64,000 bases of DNA from Macrostomum lignano (Eukaryota), in NCBI GenBank assembly GCA_002269645.1, contig NIVC01000001.1, forward strand, positions 1,426,001 through 1,490,000, given 5' to 3'. Within the stretch, counting starts at the first letter, position 1; each line of letters starts with the position of its first letter. The notes beneath the pieces were generated by a model. The model ran no database searches, was not told where the DNA came from, and saw nothing but the letters and a program-made list of their open reading frames with translations. Position numbers and translations under genes: made by a program. Shown here one piece after another: positions 1-10,266 of this stretch.

Positions 1-279
1 TGTTAGCCACATCAGGGCGCGTTCAGGTTCTGAAAGTTCGATGAAAGTGAAAGTGCTTGCGACCCCATTGTGATGCTCAAATGCCAATTCTAGTGCTTGA
101 CGAATGACGAAGTTCGTATCTTGTTTTGCTTGTTTATTTGGCTTTAGGACTACATTAGTGATAGCGGGGCTTGTAACAAGATCAATAAAGCTAGGGCACT
201 TATATATTAGGTGGGATGAGGGAGGCGGCATTAGGGCACAGCGGCTATAAACTACTGCACGAGCGTATGTCGATTTCTC

Positions 280-566
280 TCACTCTCCCCACACTCCCTC
301 TTATTTTATTTGCTTCCTCCAAAGATCATATGGCTTCCTCTCTCCATTTCCTTCCCAAGGAAACCCCTCCTCTTTCTTCCTCTTTTTCTCTTCTCTTGTT
401 CTCCCTCTCACTTAGTTCCTTTCTTTCTTCCACTCCCCTTTCTACCTTCTCTCCTCTTTTCTTCTCTTCTCTTACCCTTCCTCTCTTTCTCTCTTCTTTT
501 TCTTACTCTCTTCCTCTCTCTACCTCTTCCTTCATCTCCCCTCTCTCCTCTCCCTCTCTCCCCCAC
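280..566. repeat. CT-rich low-complexity intron tract, paralogous to 57020-57350
   Basis: Pure pyrimidine runs directly after the orphan exon donor, the same position as the CT tract after the gene A exon ending at 57357. Confidence 0.85.
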
Positions 567-570
567 TCAC

Positions 571-789
571 TTGGTAGACAAGCTGAAGAAAGTCCGACCA
601 CCAGAGACGCCCCGTCCGAGATCGAACCTGGCCCAGGACTCAGCAGCGCCGACAGGCTGGTAGGTGAAAGCGGAATTGGCCGCATTCTTGTCCGGGTCGG
701 TGGCGAACATCTGACTAGGCAGCAGCACGGTGCCTGAGGGCGCCGAGTCCAGCACAGTGAGCGAGTAGGGCTCTACCAGCCGGGGTGGG
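571..789 (-). pseudogene. Orphaned 3' half of a cadherin exon (PPRLVEP...FSLSTK), about 73 codons, donor GTGAGT intact
   Basis: Matches the second half of gene A exon 57357-57754 (2 aa differences). No AG acceptor at its 5' edge. The first half of the exon is at 15044-15220. Confidence 0.9.
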
Positions 790-953
790 TGTCGACGGGA
801 CGATAAAGACGGCCCTCTAACCCCGCCACACACGATTAATTGGGGTTAGTGAGGATAGGAAAGTGGGGTGGGTGTCGACGGGACGATAAAGACGGCCCCC
901 TAAGCCCGGGTACCACACACGATTAATTGGGGTTAGTGGAGATAGGAAAGTGG
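782..953. repeat. Two tandem copies of an ~83 bp unit at the insertion breakpoint
   Basis: GGGGTGGGTGTCGACGGGACGATAAAGACGGCCC...GATTAATTGGGGTTAGTG..GATAGGAAAGT starts at 782 and 865. Confidence 0.9.
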
Positions 954-2229
954 CATGAGTGGGAAAGCTAGAGGGCAAAAATGAAGACAGTGAGTTTTCG
1001 ATCCAGAGGTCGGTCTTGAAACTGACAATGGGAGGAATAGAAGTGAGCACTATAGGCAATCATGCAGTGTAGTCTGGTCGATATCACTCAGAAAAGCGTC
1101 GCTATATTTTTTGGCCAAAAAACTGCATAAAAAAGTTCAGGTCTTTAAAATATAACTTCACAAAATTTAAGGCATGAAGTTAAAAAGCATAATTTTAAAT
1201 CACAGACAAATTGAGCAGAATAATTAAAAAATAGCCAATAAAATTTGCCTGCTAATGTAATAACTCTGTAGGATTAGAAGTAATGATACAACCAACGAGG
1301 GAGCGTCAAAATCTCGATTGAAATTTATACGCTCGCACTTCGCAGAAACGAAAAAATACTTATTTAAGAGTAACGCGAATGGCGAGTAACAATTAACGGT
1401 TCATTTAACACAAAAATGTTGTCCACTCTGCTTTCAAAATAAAACAATTTTTTACAGCTTAGAAAAACGTCTTCTTAAGCTTGGTGTTTTTTCCTTAATT
1501 GACAGTGTTAAGTCAAGGATGAACAAAATCTATTTCTTTTCATTTTGTTTAAATATGACAGCGAAAAAATCCGACTGGATAAGGAAAACCTTCTGTGTAG
1601 ATGTTCTTACATATATGACAAGCATTTAGCAAGCTGTGTAACATTATCAAACACGATTCCATACCGGAGAAGATGCCACAATACAACCGGCAGTGTACGA
1701 GCTAAAACAAACTCAATAAATTCAATACCGTTCAGCGTACATGTAAAAAGCATCGGTAGCAAAGTCTGTTTCTGCGTTCAAATTAGCGCCTTTTTAGCGT
1801 ATTTTTATCAGAAATATTGCCTGCCATCTTCACCAGCCCTGGAGGGTCCCTGGAATTCAATTAGGAAATGAATATTGTAGTGATATACTTTAGCTTTTGG
1901 TTGCTCGGGCTAGGTGTTGTTCCTCGAATCCCACCGCTGCCACCAGTGTAGTAACTGAGCTTTTGCTTGGGTGGTTCGGCAGGTTTTGATATCCCACCGC
2001 TATTACCAGTGTTGTACTTGGCTTTCTGGTTTCTGTGGCGGGGCGGACTGCTATTACCCGAAGCAACCTTGCTGAGTATACTTATGGGGGCTGAGACTGG
2101 GGAGAAATCTAAAATTAAGGGTAGTGCTGCCACCAGCGTGGGAACCGTAGGATCCGCAATGAAGGGGTCTGTTTGGGCTCCACGCAAATAAATAACGCTA
2201 GAACAACTAGTCTCAGAGATTTCAATCTC

Positions 2230-2293
2230 TGGACTGAAAGTAGCTTACACGCAAATGTGCTGAGTGGGCCATCTAGTTATTCTAGTATCTGTG
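2230..2293. mobile_element. Solitary MITE terminus, same family as 48478-48896
   Basis: CTGAAAGTAGCTTACACGCAAATGTGCTGAGTGGGCCATCTAGTTATTCTAGTATCTGTG is nearly the reverse complement of 48478-48540. Confidence 0.7.
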
Positions 2294-2389
2294 TTGGGTC
2301 AACTAAAGATGCACTTGGGGGTGTATGTACCTGGATGAATGTGTGAAATGCTTGGGTAACGTGTGCAGCCAGTAAAAAAACTTAATTAC

Positions 2390-2874
2390 CGAGTTCTTCA
2401 ACGACCCCGCGGAGCTGGGAGGCATCGGCTGGAACCGATCTGGTCCGCCGTCCTCTCCGTAGCCTGCGCCGCCGGCGAGGCTGCGCGAATCGATCATGGC
2501 CTGCTTGAATCGGCCCTGCTTCCTATAGATGTACACAACCACTGCGATTACAACCACAATGATGACGAATATAATTGGTACAGCGATCACAATGGCCAGC
2601 ACTGGATCCGTGAGGGACACGGTTGAGCAGGTGGCTCCGGTATAGCCGCTGAAGCACTGGCAGCCGACTCTGGCGTACGCGTTCGTTCGACAGACTCCAT
2701 TGCCCGAGCAGTAAATTCGCGAGCTGTTGCACTGCTCGGTACATTTAGTGCCTTTCACGCTGGTGTCCTCGTCTAGAAAGCCGTTCCAGCAGCTGCAGTC
2801 GAAGGTACTGTTGCTTGCGAAGTTAGTACAGGTGGCGAACTCCGAGCACGGTGATCTCGCACAATAATCGTACG
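2390..2874 (-). CDS. Gene B exon 18: two EGF-like domains, TM helix, start of cytoplasmic tail
   Basis: CARSPCSEFATC...CSCWNGF; CSGNGVC...CQCFSGYTGATC; VLAIVIAVPIIFVIIVVVIAVVVYIY-RKQGR. Acceptor TTCAG (phase 1), donor TCG|GTAATT (phase 0). Confidence 0.9.
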
Positions 2875-3733
2875 CTGAAGTTTCAATGAAAGAGTACTCA
2901 GAGTTTGTGTGGACAACTTGAGTTAAAGCAACGTTCATACAGGACGCGACACTCGGGTTTCATTGAAAAATAATTTTGAAGGCAGGTTTTACCGAAAAAT
3001 ACACGACGGAGATAGGAAGTTTCATTTTTTCAGCACAAAAATTGTTATTGCTTTTGATAGGAGACAGACACAATGTTAATCTTTTGATATGATGTGCCTT
3101 TCTTATTGCTCTATTGATATTCATAAAGCTTTTTGTTCAAAAAATTAGGATTGCGTGTTAATTTTTAACTTTCCTGTACCTAAAAGTCATAAAATTGCAT
3201 GGCACAGCTCGAATATTTGGTTCTATGAATCTAATTTTTATCATCTCTGCTTACACATATTGTTACACAGTCAGCTAAGAATGGCAAAAATAGATTCATG
3301 AAACCAAAGAGCTTAGCCGTGCCATTTTATTGGTTTTTAGGCATAAGACACGTGCAGATGTATGTACTTGTAGAATAAAAAGTTAACATAGAACCCTATT
3401 TTTTTAAGCGAAAAGCTTTATTGTCATTACTTTTTTCGGGCTTAAGCGTCCCTTTTCCGGGCGTCAAGGTTGCGATTTCAGGGGCCGGTTTTAACCGGCT
3501 CTGTAATCGTGTTTAGCCGACGGGGCCGCCCCCTCCGCCCGTCTGTGCGTGCGGCCCGCGCGTGTGCATCCCTGCCGCAAGGTGGGGTGCTGGGTGCCGG
3601 CCGGCAGGCGGGGTGTTGGGTTGGGGGTGGGCGGCGTCGGCCCCCTTTTATTTGTGCGCTCACGCTCTCTCGTGCGCGCTGCGAGAGCGCTTTGGCTCGT
3701 AAAATTTTTTGCGACTATCTGGCTCTGGCTATC

Positions 3734-4750
3734 ATGCATCGTGTGGACCGACTAACAGTCAAACAACTCAAGAGTGAGCTGGGTAGCCGAGGCCTCTCAA
3801 CCGCAGGCAATAAGTCGGCCTTGAAAGCCAGACTGAGACAACACGAGGGGCAGTCACAGCTTCAAGACGGCGGGACATCGGCATTGACATCGGCATCGGC
3901 ATCGCCCTGTGCGCAGGAGGAGCTCCAAGACCAAGGCCGGGACCCACAGGAGGCGGACCTGGACGGCGAGATTCGGCGGGCGCAGAAACGGCTGCAGCTC
4001 CTAGAGCTTCAAGCACGCGAGCGAGAGCTTCGGGATCGCGCCGTCGTGACTGCTCGTACAGAATCAGGTGAGCAGCATAATCTTTTCGCTGAACTTATCA
4101 ACCCAACAGGCCCCGTCAGCGCTAGAGCCAACCCTCGGCCGGTCGGGCAGCCGTGTCTACTCGTCAGAGACTTTGTCGATGATCTGTCAGGCCAGGCTGA
4201 CGAGCTGCTCACCAGGGGCAGCTCGGGCGGCCTCGTGCTCAAGAAGTCGACGACCAAGCTGGACGGCATGACAATTGGGCAGTGGTTCGCCGGCAGTATG
4301 AAGGTCCTGCTTCAGATACTTGAAGACACAGCGCCGCAGGTGACCAGCAAGGGCCAAGTGTACAGCACAACTGAGCAAGTCAAAGATTACGCCCAGTACA
4401 ATGTCCAGGTGGCCGAGCTATTCGACAGATTCCCAGCGCACCGGGTGATCAGATTCGACCATGACTACCGCCAGCACCGCGCAGCCAACAGCCTTCGCTG
4501 GGGCAAAGACTGCGCCCAGATGTCGATCAGGCACCTGCTCAGCATTAAGACGGACCAGTACAACCAGACAGCCAAGCGAAACCAGCCTAGCAACAAGAGC
4601 CACGTCATGGGTCCGCGGACATCCTCAGGCCGCGAGCTGTGCTTGTCCTTCAACAGCACCAACGGCTGCATGAGGAGCAACTGCCGATTCCTCCATGCCT
4701 GCCGAATCTGTGAGGGCAGCCATTCCGAGCAAAATCACGCAAAAAACTGA
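3734..4750 (+). CDS. Ngaro gag-like ORF1 with N-terminal SAP motif and C-terminal CCCH finger
   Basis: LTVKQLKSELGSRGLSTAGNKSALKARL; CLSFNSTNGCMRSNCRFLHAC. Confidence 0.8.
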   Translation: MHRVDRLTVKQLKSELGSRGLSTAGNKSALKARLRQHEGQSQLQDGGTSALTSASASPCAQEELQDQGRDPQEADLDGEIRRAQKRLQLLELQARERELRDRAVVTARTESGEQHNLFAELINPTGPVSARANPRPVGQPCLLVRDFVDDLSGQADELLTRGSSGGLVLKKSTTKLDGMTIGQWFAGSMKVLLQILEDTAPQVTSKGQVYSTTEQVKDYAQYNVQVAELFDRFPAHRVIRFDHDYRQHRAANSLRWGKDCAQMSIRHLLSIKTDQYNQTAKRNQPSNKSHVMGPRTSSGRELCLSFNSTNGCMRSNCRFLHACRICEGSHSEQNHAKN

Positions 4751-4894
4751 GCAAGCGCGCCGACACGGCGCGCGAAACCGATTTTACCCCTCCTGCTTTT
4801 AACTGCCTCGCTCAGCCCGCTCCCGTGCCCTGCATCGTCAAGCCTCCAGTGTGGATGTCCGATCTGACGCAGCCAGTGGGCGATCTCTGCATCG

Positions 4895-6330
4895 ATGCGC
4901 TCCGAGCTTGTTGGCGACCCCGACGCTGATTTTATTCTCGACGGCATCGAGAGCGGCTTCTCCATTGTCGATGACTTCGACTTTACGCCGTGTCTCTGCA
5001 GCAACTACCAGTCCGTCAACCGGAATCGCGACCAAGTCCAAGCTGTTATCGGTGAAGAAATCCGGCTTGGGAGGTATGTCCCAGTCGTGGACAAGCTTGC
5101 GATGGTCTGTCCGCTGGGAGCCATTCCGAAAGACAGCTCCGGCATCCGGCTAATCCATGATTGCTCCGTCCCTCGCGGCTGCAGCCTGAACGATCACTAT
5201 GCCCAACAACGGCGTCTCCGCTTCACCTCCGTCGACGAGGCCGTCAGGATGATGCAGCCCGGCTGGTTTATGGCAAAGGTGGACATCGCGTCAGCCTACC
5301 GCAGCGTGCCAATTTCTCCGCAGTGCTACCAAGCCACCGGCATCCACTCTGGTGGATACGCGGTTACCATTCGGCAGCAGAGCCTCCGTCAGCATTTTCC
5401 ATCGCCTCACGCAAGCGGCCCGGCGAATGATGTGTCGCAAGGGGTTCCTGGGAACCGTCGTTTTCATCGATGACTTCCTCGTCATGGCCAGGACGAAAGC
5501 CGAGTGCGACAGGGCCTACCACGAGCTGCGCAACCTGCTCACCAGGCTTGGCTTCACCATCAACGAGAAAAAGTCGGTGCCGCCGACGACAAAGCTGCGA
5601 TTCCTCGGCATTGACATCGACACCGTGCAAGCCAGTCTTTCCTTCCCAGCCGACAAAGCCGAAAAGCTTCAGCTTCTCCTTGACACCTGCCTCTCGCGGA
5701 GGAGCCTGTGCAAGGCGGAACTGCAGAAGCTGCTCGGGCACCTCAGCCACCTGTGCACTGCCGCCCAGCACGGGCGAACTTTCCTGCGGCCGCTGATCGA
5801 GCTTGTCAACAGCCTGGCACATCCGTCTGACAGGGTCGGCGTCACGGAGGAGCTCCAGTCGCAGCTGAGGTGGTGGATGACCGCGTTGAGCACGCTGCCG
5901 CCTAGAGCTGCCTGGCCCTCGCGTCGGCCGGCTGGAGCGATTGAGTCTGACGCCTGTGACATTGGAGGCGGTGCTGTGCTGTATTTCGTCGACAGAGAAC
6001 CGGTTTGGCTCTACATCGACTGGCAGTCCGACTGTGATGGCGCGTTCAAGGAGCTGCGCATCAACCTCAAGGAGTGCGCCGCGCCCCGCTGGTTGCGATT
6101 CTGCAGCACCAAGAAGCCTTCAGCGGCTGCTCGGTTGCAGTCTACACTGACAGCACCGCCGCCTGCGGCATCATTAACTCGGGCTCCGCCAAGCACCAAG
6201 GTATTGCCGACCTGCAGAAGCGCGTCGCCCTGACCTGCATTCAACGCGACATCATCGTCCGCGCGCACCATGTGCCTGGCCGCTTCCAGCTGCTCGCAGA
6301 CCCGCTGTCCAGAGCGCATGACCCCAGCCA
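4895..6330 (+). pseudogene. Ngaro RT-RNase H, frameshifted near 5345 and 6085
   Basis: RLIHDCS, KVDIASAYR, LPFG, FIDDFL, FLGIDID, SDACDIGGG, YTDST, LADPLSR spread over three ORFs. Confidence 0.85.
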
Positions 6331-6496
6331 GCTTGCCAACTTTCTGTTTCGCTTCTATGGCACCTGCTATGTGCCAACCAGCTTGCTTGCCTCCGCTTGC
6401 TTGAGCTCTGCCGCTGCCTCCCACCTTCTGTTTCAGGTCCGCCTCCTGTGGTCCCGGTTCCCGGCCTCTCCGCACCGGCACGTCGACTGCTCAGCC

Positions 6497-7426
6497 AAGG
6501 CTTCGCCAGCTCAACTCGCTCCGCCTACGCCAGCCAGTGCGTAGGATGCGATGCGATTCTGCGCCGCCCACAGACTTCAACCGCTGTCAGCGCAGCCCGC
6601 CGACGTGTGCAACTACCTGGCGGAGCTGGCGAACAACCGGCTGTTCTCAGTCAGCAGCCTATCCTGCCACCTCGCCGCCGTGTCCTGGCTCTACAAATCA
6701 AACAGCGTGGCTGACCCGACGAGGCAGCCACTGGTTCAGCTGGCCCTGCGCGGCGCCCACCGGCTCCTCGGCGCCGCCCCAAGGAGCAAACGAGCGTTGC
6801 GGCCGGCCGACCTGCAGCGGCTGCACGGCGTGCTGCGACCTGAAGAGCCCAGGGACTGCGCATTCTGGTGCGCCTGCATCGTGGGCTGGTGGGCCATGCT
6901 GCGGCGAGCCAACCTGTGCGTATCCGGCCGGTTCGATCCGCAGCGAGACCTCAGTGCGAGCTGCATCCGGCCGTCAAGGGTGGGCGTCATCCTCGTCATT
7001 CCGAGGTCGAAGACCAACCAGTTCGGGGCGCGCCAGCACCGAGTTTTCTTGCCGCAGCTCCCAGACGGACATCCACTCTGCCCGGTCACCGCGCTCCAGA
7101 AGCAGCTGCGCATTAACCAACCGCAGGACGCCCAGCATCACTTGTTCAGTACCCGAACCAGACGGTCCACCGCACCGCTAACCGCGCGCACCTTCGCGAG
7201 GCGCCTGTCCGCGGCACTTCGACAGGCCGAGTTCGCCGAGCCAGCCAAGTTCTCTGGGCACTCGTTGCGTCGAGGTGGCGCTACATCCGCGGCGGAGGCC
7301 GGCATCCCCATCGATTCAATCATGCGAGTCGGTGACTGGGCAAGCAGCGCTGTAGAGCGGTACCTACCGCCTTCGGTTGAGCGCAGTGCGCCGCTGCGCC
7401 TGGCTTCGCTCCTCCCCTCAACGTGA
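6497..7426 (+). pseudogene. Ngaro tyrosine recombinase, 5' frameshift near 6545
   Basis: MLRRANL (Arg), GHSLRRGGA (HxxR), GDWASSAVERYL (Tyr). A TGCGA duplication at about 6547-6556 breaks the frame. Confidence 0.85.
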
Positions 7427-7811
7427 CCTCCTCCCTGGTTTGGGATTTTTGGACTCGTTTCGTCCGCTGCCTTTGTCGCCACGCCTGTGCCTTCCCTCTT
7501 GCTGCTTTTGGCCCTGTTGGCTAATGTGGCAATTCGTGCCTTGAATTGTCTATGGTATTTTCTATTTCAGTAATAGAGCGAAATAGAACAACAGTGTGAA
7601 ACAGAGGCCAACAAATAACAGCAGAAGTTTATGCGCTTATAAGCATGCAAAGAGAGACGATCAGTTAGTTAAATTAAATTAGTCTTTCAGTCCGTGGAAA
7701 TCGAACGTACAATTTTGAAATGTTCCAGAGAAATTCACACTGACCGATAGAGCTGGCGCAGCCTGCTCAACTTGTCCTTCAGCAAGACGATCTTTGCACG
7801 TACTGCTTCTT

Positions 7812-9089
7812 TTATCGACACCACACCAGTAGGGCCCACACGTTTAACGCACACGGTCGATGCGCTGGCATCGCCTCTGACATCGCTCGAAAGTCGGCGT
7901 CTCTCCTCATTCGAGAGTATCGTTCAACACTCTCCGGATTCTTGTGACCGGTGCTGCTAGCAATCGCTGCATTCGAAAATCCGTGCTCTTTCAAAACAGT
8001 GACGTGCTTGAAAAACATGATTCGTATATCGTTTAGAGAGACCGAGATTTGTTGACAGTTGACTCATAAGTTGATCGATCGCGTTCTTGCCCAGTGTATG
8101 GGAGACACAGTACCATCGCTTACCGGACGTACCTTTCGAAACATTGACGCACGGCTTCGGAAAAAGCGATTCGATGTGTAGATCCGCTAGGCACTGTAGG
8201 TACATCTTCAAGGCAGCAACAGGGCAATTCCGATTCTCAGAATCCGAATACATGCGTGCTAGCTTTGCATCCTGGAACTCGGTCTTCTTCAGAGATGCCT
8301 TAGAATTCTTACTAAGAAGGTCATGGTTAAGAGCGACATAGTCACGGCCTTCAGAATCCACTTGAAACACTTGAAATCCACTTGAAATCCACTTTCCCTC
8401 GTCAGTGTTGGTAGGGTCTCCCGTCCACGCAGTCCAAAATAATAAATTAAATGGATCATGACCTCTTTCTGGAGTACGTCACCACTTGATCTGTCAAAGT
8501 AGCTCATGATCTTCTGGAGGTCACTTTTCTCGATCACAGCAAATCCATCTCGCGATTTTGGTTGATTGGCTAGCTTGTACTTCTGAACCATCGATACCAA
8601 CATCCGATTCGCATTTGCGAAGGCCATGTCCGCAATAATGTTAATCTCTGGGCGACTGAGACAGAAGAAGCGATGCAGTACGGCTCTAATGCAGATGAGA
8701 CTTGCTGGAGCATAGTACCGCTCGTCCTTTGTTCGCAGTGTCGAATAGAAGAAACGCAAATAATTAGCCAGAATCGACTTTGGAATTCGCAGCAGATCCG
8801 TTGACAGTTTCATTTCTTCCAGAAAAGTCTTGAAGCGGCTCACATTGTCCTCCATCTGCCGGGCGGAGGAGTCCGGTATTCCATCTCGTTCAAGCTGATT
8901 TAACTCTTGCATCACGTCCTCCGGAATGTCGAGAATCTCTTCTGATTCTATCTTGCGCGCAAATTCTTCGCTCAGTTCCTCCAAATACCGGCTGTTCGAC
9001 TCGGATGATACCCACGCCAGCTCTTCGGTCGACATACCGGAAACCATTTCTCCCGGCAGATTGAAATAATTAATTAAATGGTTGATCAT
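7812..9089 (-). pseudogene. Crypton-type tyrosine recombinase (DUF3504/ZMYM-like), frameshifted
   Basis: YYFGLRGRE, CPVAALKMYL, LGKNAIDQLM, YTNH, TGHKNPESVERY. Frameshifts at the CTTGAAATCCA micro-repeat (~8360-8392) and near 8010. Confidence 0.8.
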
Positions 9090-9687
9090 TTTCAGAACTC
9101 AAGTACAGCTTAGTCCTGACAGATTTGAAAAAAATATATATTTAGCATTTTTCTAGCTCCTTCAGTTTTACTGTCCATCTCTAGACCTGGACCATCAAAA
9201 CTTCGTCTATGGCCCAGAGCTCGCAAATCAAAAGAAAGAATGGCCATAAAAGACATTTCAACTGCATTCTATGTAATAACACAGAGCCCGGAATTTTCGA
9301 CATTGATGCCCGGAAATCTCTTGCATTAATGACAATAATATAAATATTACTTTTTGCGGGCATCAATGTAGAATTTTGAGGGCGCTAGTAATATTAATGT
9401 TATATTAATATCAATAGAGCAATAAGAAAGGCAAAATATATCAAAATATGAGCACTGGATCCGCCTCCTATCAAAACTAATAGCAACTTTTGTGCTGAAA
9501 AAATGAAAATTCCTATCTCCGTCGTGTATTTTTTCGGTGAAACCTGCCTTCAAAAACTTTCCAAGAAACGAGGTTTCCCGTCCTTCTGCTTGAGTCGTCC
9601 TTGATAAATTTAATACAATTAGTTATACGAGCCCAAATATCACGAACAATTGCAACGTGTGGACTCCTACGCAATCGGCTCTCTTAC

Positions 9688-9925
9688 CTGCAACAGTTGT
9701 ATTTGCATCCATTGTGTAGTTGGAAGCAGAGCTGCTAGTGGCATTGAGGCCCGAGTCCATGGCCGCCCTAATCTCATCTCCAGACATGGTCGGCGCAGTG
9801 TCATTGACGCTGAATTCCAAATCGTAATCGACTAAAACCGAGCCCGATCTGAACCCAAAAAAGAAGAATTTGAATTCAGCATTGCCGAAGTTGGTATTAG
9901 TCGACTGTCTGAAGCTGATTAAGAG
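9688..9925 (-). CDS. Gene B exon 17: second half of SEA domain with FRSG-SVLV motif
   Basis: LLISFRQ...FFGFRSGSVLVDYDLEF...EIRAAM. Acceptor TTTCAG phase 0, donor G|GTAAGA phase 1, 238 nt. Confidence 0.85.
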
Positions 9926-10018
9926 CTGAAAAAAACAAAAATGTAAATCTTTTTTTAAAACTTAAACTAGCTATAGCTAAATTAAAAATTAAAAGACTGT
10001 GAAAGAGTTTGCACTTAC

Positions 10019-10131
10019 GAATGCCTGCACGTATTGCCAGAGAGCTATCGTTACTGTTAATGAAAAGTCCAGGTAAGCGGGGATGAAGACCAGTTTTGGC
10101 ATCCGGTTTTGGCAGCGAACGCGCGTTCTCC
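10019..10131 (-). CDS. Gene B exon 16: first half of SEA domain
   Basis: RTRVRCQNRMPKLVFIPAYLDFSLTVTIALWQYVQAF. The 113 nt exon (TAG acceptor, GTAAGT donor) is open in the only frame that joins both neighbours. Confidence 0.75.
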
Positions 10132-10266
10132 CTAGATTCAGAAATTGTATTAGGAAATCAGTTTAAAACGTACTTAAAAGCAGTTTTCTGAAAATCTTAC
10201 AGAAGTTTTTTTATAGACTCCTAAACTTTCTGAACAATATTCTTTCTACGTTTAAAAACGTCTTAC

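Larger units (their letters stand above)
3430..7650 (+). mobile_element. Ngaro/DIRS-type tyrosine-recombinase retrotransposon, degenerate
   Basis: Order is gag (SAP, CCCH), RT, RNase H, YR, with no methyltransferase. Boundaries are approximate. Confidence 0.85.
2941..9584 (-). mobile_element. Crypton-like tyrosine-recombinase DNA transposon with ~180 bp imperfect inverted ends, interrupted by an Ngaro element
   Basis: 2941-3121 and 9407-9584 are reverse complements (ends AGGACG / CGTCCT, roughly 80% by eye). Degenerate YR at 7812-9089. No TSD seen. Confidence 0.7.

Noticed and set aside
216-737. 173 aa Ser/Leu-rich plus-strand ORF and similar ORFs at 57083-57564
   Set aside because: CT-rich low complexity plus antisense of the cadherin exon.
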